DNA of 64,000 nt, taken from assembly GCA_035278025.1 (NCBI GenBank), contig DATEJK010000117.1:11293-75292 (forward strand), given 5' to 3'. The notes under the pieces were generated by a model that ran no database searches, had not been told where the DNA came from, and saw nothing but the letters and a program-made list of their open reading frames with translations. Position 1 is the first letter of the stretch. The number at the start of each line of letters is the position of its first letter. The stretch is from Terriglobales bacterium (GTDB lineage Bacteria > Acidobacteriota > Terriglobia > Terriglobales > Acidobacteriaceae). A program made the translations under genes and the position numbers. Positions 57,264 to 64,000 of the stretch are shown here, piece after piece.

Positions 57264-57835
57264 GGCTGGGCTTTTGCCGGTTGCTTTTCCGCCAGCACCA
57301 CCGCTAGTTCACCCTTCCTGGTCTTGAGAGTCATGAGCCAGCGCTGTCCGCCGGAGATGAAGCCGATCCAGTAGCCGATCTCCACCAGTTGAGGCTCCGT
57401 GAACTCGGCGTGCAGGCGCTCCCAGAGCGCATCATCGGCGCGGTCGGGATTCCAGATGATGGTATCGGCATAAGCCAGGGCGAGTTTTTCCCGCGGGGTA
57501 AAGCGCTCAGACTCTTCGTAGCGCGTCACCTCCGACATGCGGTCTTCTTTTGATCGCGCAGCCTGCGCGATTCCCTGGTGTGATCAATAACTGCACGACA
57601 TACTGAGGGCAATGTAGGCGCGCAACAGCTCCTTAAGGTCCCATTCCACCGTGCCCCGGCCCCGCTTGAACAGCATCTCGAAGGTGAGGGTGAAGGAGCG
57701 CATCACATCGGGCTGGTGGGCGCGTATGGCCTGGTTTTCCGGCCCAGGCCGGCCTACGCGGATGGAATCTTCTAGCCATTGCCGGGCCTGCGGGTCGGAA
57801 ATCTCTTTCGGAGTCAAATAGCTGATGCGTGCCAT
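57260..57835 (-). CDS. AhpD/carboxymuconolactone-decarboxylase-family protein with an in-frame TGA (probable selenocysteine) in the redox motif C-S-Y-U
   Basis: Track ORFs 57584-57835 and 57260-57538 are in the same frame. The 45 nt between them are open, so the only interruption is TGA at 57586-57584. Joined sequence: ...YIALSMSCSY[TGA]SHQGIAQAARSKEDRMSEVTRYEESERFTPREKLALAYAD.... The TGA sits where CMD-family proteins have the second Cys of CxxC. Confidence 0.7.
57553..57571 (-). promoter_or_regulatory. Candidate bacterial SECIS-like stem-loop downstream of the in-frame UGA
   Basis: The mRNA reads UGA-UCACACCAGGGA-AUCGCGCA-GGC-UGCGCGAU, an 8-bp perfect stem starting 12 nt after the UGA. The G-containing apical loop is about 20 nt after the UGA. 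Confidence 0.45.
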
Positions 57836-57973
57836 TGCGGTTCATTCCTCCATGGGACTGGAGAGCCTATCATATTATGGTATTACTGTCCTGCCAAACC
57901 TATACCAGATGGAAGGGAAAAAACAAAAGCCGCCCGCAGGCGGCCTTTGTTGTAAATGCTTCTTCCTTGCGGC

Positions 57974-59764
57974 TTATTTCTTTTTCGGTGTCTTCTTTTT
58001 GGCCTTGGGCCGAGGCGCGGCTTTCTTGACCGCCGCTCCTTTCTGTTCGCGGCCACCGATAAGACTCAGAGAATCCGCGGCGTTAAAGGGGAATTGGCGC
58101 ACCGAGGTTTGACCAGTGGTACTCAGGGTGATGTCCACGCGGCGATTGCTGGCCAGAATGATGGTCCGCATGTTGCGCAGGATCCTCACCCGCTCTCCCG
58201 GAGTCAGGTCAGGGTTCTGCTCCACCGAGCCTCTGACCTCGGCGGGCGTGAGGTTCTGTTGCGCGCCGAATGCCTTGGTCTCAATGCTGGCGGAGGGCAC
58301 TCCATTTTCCTCCAGGAAACCACGCACCCGGTCTACGCGCCTCTCGGAGAGCGCCTGATTGAAGGCCGCCGAACCACGCTGGTCGGCGTGCCCCTCCAGG
58401 GTCAATTTCGCCTCCGGCTTGCTCTGCAGATATTTGACAAAGTCGGCGGCCAGGGCGAGCAGCGTCTTCTGCTGGCTGAGTACCAGGCCACCCTTGGGAT
58501 TGTTTGCCGCGGGCTGGGCGGTGGGGAAATAAATGCTGTGCAGCGCGAGCCTGCTTTCCAGTTCCTTGACCCCGGGCGCAGGTGGCGGAGTCTCGATAGC
58601 CACCTGGGTGGAGGCGGTACTGGTCAGGCCGCGCGAGTCGGTGCAGGTCGCGTTCACAGTGACCGATCCCGGAGAAGCGCCGGCGGTATTCAAGCTGGCC
58701 GTGTTGCCGCTGCCGGAAACTGAGCCGCCGGTGGCGGTCCAGTTGGAGACGTTGACTTGCACGTTGTCCGGACTCTTGCAGTCGCAGCTGATGCTGGCGG
58801 CCGTACCCGGCGGCACGGAAGCCGGATTGGCGGAGCAACTCATGGTAGGCGGATTCTTGGGAGGCTCCTTGACCGTAAAGCCTGCCGTGCACGAGGCCTG
58901 GTTATTGTGCTTGGCTTTGGGGTCGGTCGCGGTGGCAGTGGCGGTATAGCTCCCGCCCGCCAATCCATTGGTGTCAATGGTGGCCGTGGTGTCCTTGCCG
59001 GTGATCTTGCCACCGGTGCTGGTCCAGTTGTAATTCAGGCTGTGCTTGGGATTGAAATTATTGGTGGTCAGGTTCACGGTGACCGGTTCGCCCACCATTA
59101 CCTCGGCGGGCTGGGCCGTGCACTGCGCCGATGGGGGTGTCGGGGGCGCGCCACCTCCCAGGTTAAATACCAAGCCGGCGCGCAAACGAACTCCGCTGAG
59201 GCTGGGCCGCCGCAAATTCGACTGGGTCTCTGGAACGAAGGCGGCAAAGTTCTGGCGTGTCCACTGATAGTCGGCCTCAAGAAGACGGATGCTGAGGTGC
59301 TGCGTGGCCCGCAGGTCCATGCCGCCGCCAAGAATTGTTCCTATGCCTTCCCTGGTCGAAAAAGAAGGTGCGCTTAGCTGATTCAGACTGAGAAGGGTGT
59401 GGGCGAAGAAGTTTACGTTATCGCTGCGCCAGGTGAAACGTGGTCCTACGGAATAGGTGTTGAAACTCAGACCTTGGTCCCAATTGCGGCCAAAGTCTGC
59501 TTCCATGGCGAAAGCCCGATAAAAGTTGTAACCGAAGGCCAGGCCGAAGCCCTTGGACAAGCTAGGCAACTGCTGGCCCTGAACTGGATTGGCCGTTCCC
59601 GGCACAGGAATACTTCCGCCGGGATTCAGCCATTGATAGCCCACGAAAATATCCGCTTTGGGCGTCGTATCGTCTTGAGCTGAAGCCGGAATAGCCACGG
59701 AACCGAAGAGGAAGAACAGTAAGAGGCCGAGCACACGGGTGGACCTTGCGTGACGGAATAACAT
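57974..59764 (-). CDS. OmpA-family outer-membrane protein: N-terminal beta-barrel, two Ig-like repeats, C-terminal OmpA peptidoglycan-binding domain
   Basis: 596 aa. Signal peptide ending ASAQ. Barrel-like alternating pattern. Repeats with NWTSTGGKITG / NWTATGGSVSG. C-terminal LEGHADQRGSAAFNQALSERR motif. Lys-rich tail. Confidence 0.88.
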   Translation of the reverse strand: MLFRHARSTRVLGLLLFFLFGSVAIPASAQDDTTPKADIFVGYQWLNPGGSIPVPGTANPVQGQQLPSLSKGFGLAFGYNFYRAFAMEADFGRNWDQGLSFNTYSVGPRFTWRSDNVNFFAHTLLSLNQLSAPSFSTREGIGTILGGGMDLRATQHLSIRLLEADYQWTRQNFAAFVPETQSNLRRPSLSGVRLRAGLVFNLGGGAPPTPPSAQCTAQPAEVMVGEPVTVNLTTNNFNPKHSLNYNWTSTGGKITGKDTTATIDTNGLAGGSYTATATATDPKAKHNNQASCTAGFTVKEPPKNPPTMSCSANPASVPPGTAASISCDCKSPDNVQVNVSNWTATGGSVSGSGNTASLNTAGASPGSVTVNATCTDSRGLTSTASTQVAIETPPPAPGVKELESRLALHSIYFPTAQPAANNPKGGLVLSQQKTLLALAADFVKYLQSKPEAKLTLEGHADQRGSAAFNQALSERRVDRVRGFLEENGVPSASIETKAFGAQQNLTPAEVRGSVEQNPDLTPGERVRILRNMRTIILASNRRVDITLSTTGQTSVRQFPFNAADSLSLIGGREQKGAAVKKAAPRPKAKKKTPKKK

Positions 59765-60106
59765 ATCGCCTCCAAACCAGAATCAATGGTGCACAGGAAT
59801 GTGACTGTCTTACTAAGTCTCTAGACAAGCCCAATTTTGCAAGGGCGGCAATAGCAACTTTGGTGACAGGGGTCATGCAAGCAACGGCATTTGCCGGACT
59901 TCGGAGATGTTGTGTAAATACGGGAACTACACTTAGCGAGCGGAGGGCTACATCAGGATTATTTCACCGGATGACGATAGCGGCGGGAAATCGAAAATGA
60001 AGATAACACGATACGAGACGCCAATTCCCGGATTGGAACCGGCCGACGAATGCGAGTTGTAGAGTTTGGCAGGTGTGGTCCACAGCGCCGCCGCGCAGCG
60101 GGCGGG

Positions 60107-60472
60107 CTAATGGGCCGCCAGCACATGGGAAATTGTTTCCAACAGGGCTGACATCTCGGTGGGCTTTTCCAGCAGTCCGTCGGCGCCGCGCGCGGCCCAT
60201 TCCTGGGGCGGTACGGGATACGCGGTGAGCAACAGGGTAGCCGGCTTGTAGGGCTGCTGCAGCGCGGCCTTCAGCACCTCAAAACCGGCGCCGTCAGTTT
60301 CCATCTTGAGGTCGGTAATGACCAGATCAAATTGGTTGCGCTCCAGCTTCTCCTTGGCTTCCTGGGCCGAGGCGGCGTTCATCACCTGAAATCCGTTCTT
60401 CTGCAGGATAACGGTAAGCGTCATGAGAATGGAGCGCTCATCGTCCACCAGCAGGATTCGTGCCTTCATCAT
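60107..60472 (-). CDS. Stand-alone response-regulator receiver protein
   Basis: MMKARILLVDDERS...DLVITDLKM...TAY...KP pattern. The track ORF begins 10 codons further upstream, at 60502. Confidence 0.85.
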   Translation of the reverse strand: MMKARILLVDDERSILMTLTVILQKNGFQVMNAASAQEAKEKLERNQFDLVITDLKMETDGAGFEVLKAALQQPYKPATLLLTAYPVPPQEWAARGADGLLEKPTEMSALLETISHVLAAH

Positions 60473-60565
60473 GTATTCGATGCTCTCCCAGCGCCGAATC
60501 ACGAACTCACCAATGAATTAGCACAGGCAACAGCCGGCGCGGTCCGCCCGTCGTAATTTGTAATT

Positions 60566-60856
60566 ATGGACGCTGTGCAGCAAACCGCTCGCCTGCTATC
60601 ACCCGCGCTGTTCCGGCACGGGCGCATTCTAGTCGCACCGCCTTCCCGGCATAACTGCTGCTGGCGCGTTTTTGGCGGCGGTTTAACCGGGGAGGTGATC
60701 GCGCACGACGATGTGCGCGTCTGTTCCTACACCCTGAAAGGACCGGACGGCAAGATCTTGCGACAGGGAGTCACGAGCAGCCTGGCTTCCGCCCTCCGCC
60801 TGGCGACTGAGCTGCTGTGCCAGCTCTGCAAAGACGATTACGAAGCTGCCGCCTGA
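60566..60856 (+). CDS. Hypothetical protein (weak call)
   Basis: 96-aa ORF with GC-rich third positions, divergent from the receiver gene. No recognisable motif or SD. Confidence 0.3.
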   Translation: MDAVQQTARLLSPALFRHGRILVAPPSRHNCCWRVFGGGLTGEVIAHDDVRVCSYTLKGPDGKILRQGVTSSLASALRLATELLCQLCKDDYEAAA

Positions 60857-61000
60857 AGCCACCCCGGGCCTGCACCAGGATGTTCGGCCGCTTCCCTCTT
60901 GCCCTGCGCCGCGGTTGGCGAAACGAGAAATTTTTCTTTTCCGCTCCCGTAATCTGTTATCTTTCCGCCTAAATATCTTCCCCCTGGTGGAGGGTGATTC

Positions 61001-61096
61001 ATGGCCGATCAACAAAGCGGAGGCCGCCAGACGTTCATGTGGGTTTTGACCGTAGTTCTAGTGCTGGTGGCTGCTTTCCTCTATTTCCGCAAGTAG
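61001..61096 (+). CDS. Possible 31-aa single-TM micro-protein
   Basis: MADQQSGGRQTFMWVLTVVLVLVAAFLYFRK. SD GGAGGG lies 7 nt upstream of the ATG. Below the ORF-track length cutoff. Confidence 0.3.
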   Translation: MADQQSGGRQTFMWVLTVVLVLVAAFLYFRK

Positions 61097-61212
61097 ACGC
61101 AAGTACGGGATAACACCCGGCAGCAAACAGGCGCCCACGCCTCCCGCTGTCCTTTCGGCGGGCAGGGGTATGCGCGCTCCAACAGGTTTTCTCTTCCGCC
61201 GCGCCGCCGGCC

Positions 61213-61602
61213 CTATGCTGCCGCTCGCCTCGTCATCTCCAGTTCCGTCCTGTCAGCGGACACCTGCTGCGGCTGCTTGAAAACCAGGGTGGTGAAACAC
61301 TCGATCAGCAGACCAAAAATCATGCTGCCGGCCAACACCGCGGGAATGATCCAGGCGGGATCACCCAGCATCCACAGCGAATAGGAAAAGAGCGATCCCA
61401 CCACCAGGCCCATGATTGCGCCATGCAAGGCCCAGTGGAAGCGCAAGGCGGAGATTCCAATTACAAAGCCCAGCAGGGTGCGATTCAGCATAGCCCAGCC
61501 GGCGAAAATCGGGGTTACCTTCAACCCCAGAATGGAGCCAGCCGAGACGCAGACCAGACCCGCAACCACGCCACCTGCGGTGGCAATCGCAAGGCGTTTC
61601 AT
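61213..61602 (-). CDS. Hypothetical four-TM membrane protein
   Basis: 129 aa with four hydrophobic helices. No family recognised. Confidence 0.6.
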   Translation of the reverse strand: MKRLAIATAGGVVAGLVCVSAGSILGLKVTPIFAGWAMLNRTLLGFVIGISALRFHWALHGAIMGLVVGSLFSYSLWMLGDPAWIIPAVLAGSMIFGLLIECFTTLVFKQPQQVSADRTELEMTRRAAA

Positions 61603-61798
61603 AATTTCCCCCCAGCTTTCCCATATACCCCCGGCCGGGCAAGGCCCGTGTGATTCGGGTCACGCCTGAGCAAAAAAGGGAGGGGCGGGATTCCAATTTG
61701 GGACTCGGGGGGCGGGCGGGGCGCATTGTGAGCTACGTCACACACAGGGGTGACGGGAGCAATAGACCGCAAGGGGCGAGGCGGCGATAATCGTCTTG

Positions 61799-61821
61799 TT
61801 GAAAATGATTTTCAATTTCAA
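61799..61821. promoter_or_regulatory. Second copy of the Fur-box-like operator (TTGAAAATGATTTTCAATTTCAA), overlapping the feoA start codon
   Basis: Its core TTGAAAAT-G-ATTTTCAA (61799-61815) is a perfect 8-1-8 palindrome. It matches the 20350-20372 box at 21 of 23 positions. A GATAAT hexamer lies at 61786-61791. Confidence 0.55.
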
Positions 61822-62095
61822 AAAGACGGCCCTCGCCCTTCCTCCCTGCCGCCTGGCCGAGCTGGCTCCCGGGCAGACCGCCGTCATCGCCGACCTGGCC
61901 CTGCCGCCGGCCGCCGCCGAGGCCCTCATGGACCTCGGTCTAGTGGCCGGATCGCGTGTGCTGGCGGTGCGCCGCGCCCCCGGCGGCGATCCCGTGGTTT
62001 ACCGCGTGGATGACGCCGAGATCGCCCTCCGCCGCGAGACAACACGCCACATTTCCATTCTGCCGGTTGAGGAAGCGGCCGAGGTCTGCCCATGA
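61805..62095 (+). CDS. feoA: FeoA-family protein
   Basis: LAELAPGQTAVIADL...LMDLGLVAGSRVLAVRRAPGGDPVVYRVDDAEIALRRE is the FeoA SH3-like pattern. Start ATG 61805, with TTG alternatives at 61796 and 61799. Stop overlaps the feoB start. Confidence 0.85.
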   Translation: MIFNFKKTALALPPCRLAELAPGQTAVIADLALPPAAAEALMDLGLVAGSRVLAVRRAPGGDPVVYRVDDAEIALRRETTRHISILPVEEAAEVCP

Positions 62096-63984
62096 CCACA
62101 CTCACTGCCATCGAACCGGCCCCCGCGGTCCGCTCCGCCACTGGAGCGGGAAAAACTATTCGTGTTCTCGCCCTGGTCGGTCCGCCCAACAGCGGCAAAT
62201 CCACTTTATTCAATAACCTGACCGGGCTGCGGCAGAAAGTTGCCAACTTTCCCGGGGTGACGGTGGAGCAGCGTGCCGGGCGCATGCGCGGGACGAACGG
62301 CGAAACGTTCACCGTGCTCGACTTACCCGGAATCCACAGCCTTTCCCCCCACTCGGAAGACGAGCGGGTTGCTGCCGACGTTCTTCACGGCCGCATGCCG
62401 GGCACGCCCCAACCGGACGCCATTGTCCTGATTCTTGATGCCACCCATCTGAACCGCCACCTGGTGCTGGCGGCGCGAGTGATCGCTCTGGGCCTGCCCA
62501 CCCTAGTTCTGCTGAATATGGCCGATTCATTGCGTCAGCAGGATGGCGATGTGGACCTGGTGGCGCTTGCCGGGCAATTGGGCACACCCATCGCACTGAT
62601 CAGCGCGGCGCGGGGGGAAGGTTTGTCTACGGTGCGGAATTTTGTCGGTTCGGACGGCTGTCCACCCGCCCCGGCGGAGCTGCCGGTGTTGCAGGATGTA
62701 CGTCATTGCCGGGAGTGGGCGGTGCGCGTGGCCAGCCGCGCTTCCTATCGCCGGCCGTTGCCGCCGGCATGGTCGCAGCGACTGGACTCCATTTTCCTGC
62801 ACCGTTATTGGGGACCGGCCATTTTTTTGGGCGTCGTAGTTGCCGCCTTCCAGCTTATCTTCCGCGTCGGCCAGCCGCTTTCGGATGCGTTGCAAAGCTT
62901 GCTGCTGGGCGCGGGGCAGCCGCTGGCCGCGCACCTTCCCGCAGGCATGGCGCGCTCATTGCTGATGGACGGCGCCTGGAAGGGCATGACTTCGGTCCTG
63001 GTCTTTCTGCCGCAGATTCTGCTGTTGTTCCTGCTGATCGGCATGCTTGAGGACTCCGGCTACCTGGCGCGTGCCGCCGTCATCACCGACCGCAGCATGG
63101 CGAAGCTGGGACTGAATGGCAAAGCCTTCATTCCCCTGCTCTCGGCCTACGCCTGCGCCGTGCCTGCCATCATGGCCACGCGCACCATCGAGAACAAACG
63201 CGACCGCATGGCTACCATCCTGATCGCGCCGCTGATGACCTGCTCGGCCCGCCTGCCGGTTTACACCATGATTATTGCCGCCTTTGTTGCCGACCGCCCG
63301 CTGGCCGGCATCTTTCTGGGAACGCGGGCGGCGGCCATGCTCGGTCTTTATGTGGTGGGTTTTCTTGCCGCCGTCGCCACCGCCCGGCTATTGAAATCCT
63401 CCGTGCTCAAATCGCACAGCAGCCCCTTTGTGATGGAGTTGCCGACCTACCGCTGGCCCACGCTGCGCTCGCTGGGCCTGCGGCTGGCGGACCGCTCCTG
63501 GGCCTTTGCCTCGCGTGTGGGAACGGTGGTGCTGGCGGTTTCCCTCGGTTTAGCCCTGCTCATAAACCTGCCAGTCCATTCCGGACGCACGTCGCTCGAA
63601 GACAGTTTGCTGGCCAGCGTAGGACAAAAAATTGAGCCGGCCATCTCACCCCTGGGGTTCAACTGGAAGATTGGCGTGGGGCTGGTCACTTCCATCGCCG
63701 CCCGGGAAGTGATCGTGGGTACGCTGGGCATGCTCTACGGTATGGATTCGGGCACGCACGCCATGACCCTGCAAACCGCCCTGCACACCGACCTTACGCC
63801 CGGCGGCGCGGTGGCTCTACTGCTCTTTTTCGCTTTTGCCCTGCAATGCACCTCCACCCTGGCGGTGGTGCGCCGGGAAACCAACAGCTGGAAATGGCCG
63901 CTGCTGCAGTTCGCCTACATGGCCGCCCTGGCTTATGGGTCGGCTCTGATTGCCAATCAACTCATCCAGCACCTGCTTGTCTAA
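62092..63984 (+). CDS. feoB: Ferrous iron transporter FeoB
   Basis: 630 aa. N-terminal G-domain (GPPNSGKSTLFN, DLPG, NMAD) followed by a polytopic membrane domain. Confidence 0.95.
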   Translation: MTTLTAIEPAPAVRSATGAGKTIRVLALVGPPNSGKSTLFNNLTGLRQKVANFPGVTVEQRAGRMRGTNGETFTVLDLPGIHSLSPHSEDERVAADVLHGRMPGTPQPDAIVLILDATHLNRHLVLAARVIALGLPTLVLLNMADSLRQQDGDVDLVALAGQLGTPIALISAARGEGLSTVRNFVGSDGCPPAPAELPVLQDVRHCREWAVRVASRASYRRPLPPAWSQRLDSIFLHRYWGPAIFLGVVVAAFQLIFRVGQPLSDALQSLLLGAGQPLAAHLPAGMARSLLMDGAWKGMTSVLVFLPQILLLFLLIGMLEDSGYLARAAVITDRSMAKLGLNGKAFIPLLSAYACAVPAIMATRTIENKRDRMATILIAPLMTCSARLPVYTMIIAAFVADRPLAGIFLGTRAAAMLGLYVVGFLAAVATARLLKSSVLKSHSSPFVMELPTYRWPTLRSLGLRLADRSWAFASRVGTVVLAVSLGLALLINLPVHSGRTSLEDSLLASVGQKIEPAISPLGFNWKIGVGLVTSIAAREVIVGTLGMLYGMDSGTHAMTLQTALHTDLTPGGAVALLLFFAFALQCTSTLAVVRRETNSWKWPLLQFAYMAALAYGSALIANQLIQHLLV

Positions 63985-64000
63985 CCGCCGCACTGCTCGA

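Noticed and set aside
57539-57586. Interpretation of the AhpD-like locus as a nonsense-mutated pseudogene or as two separate small genes
   Set aside because: The single stop is TGA, it sits exactly at the redox Cys position, the 45-nt gap remains in frame and open, and a hairpin follows at SECIS-like distance. The pseudogene option is not fully excluded until Sec machinery is confirmed in the genome.

Overview
GC-rich bacterial chromosomal window, most likely Acidobacteriota. That placement is an inference from one ADOP-type duplicated FtsX permease, many TAT or secreted proteins, and characteristic simple-word intergenic repeats. It is densely coded and mostly core or semi-core. In order: a split transketolase fragment and an aminotransferase; a respiratory block (small TM protein, Rieske, b6-like cytochrome b, membrane-anchored nonaheme cytochrome c, then an aa3-type oxidase with subunits II, I, two III paralogues and IV); uvrA; a TPR operon with two secreted proteins; an iron-uptake locus (FTR1::DUF2318 fusion, two MacB/FtsX-type permeases, ABC ATPase); an ars operon (arsR-acr3-two small redox proteins-arsC); ilvE; an ADOP permease; a Gfo/Idh/MocA oxidoreductase; an RND pump; an ECF sigma module; a lipoprotein serine protease with receiver proteins; a beta-propeller/phosphoesterase; a GH15 glucoamylase; HAD; EcsC; RNase J; threonine dehydratase; an aldolase; a DAACS symporter; an OmpA-family protein; and feoAB. 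I recognised no rRNA, tRNA, CRISPR array, transposase or prophage gene. The most interesting signals are: (1) the ABC ATPase of the FTR1 locus carries a complete DtxR/IdeR-like metalloregulator module as a C-terminal fusion, and the locus has no P19-type partner; (2) a 23-nt AT-rich Fur-box-like palindrome sits in front of both the FTR1 locus and feoAB; (3) two apparently separate ORFs at 57260-57835 are one AhpD/CMD-family gene with an in-frame TGA exactly at the second Cys of the CxxC redox motif, followed by a hairpin, so a likely selenoprotein; (4) two small Cys-rich redox proteins are inserted inside the ars operon; (5) several families of long imperfect-palindromic intergenic elements built from short repeated words, often starting at stop codons. 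All family assignments come from motif recognition by eye. No database search was run.
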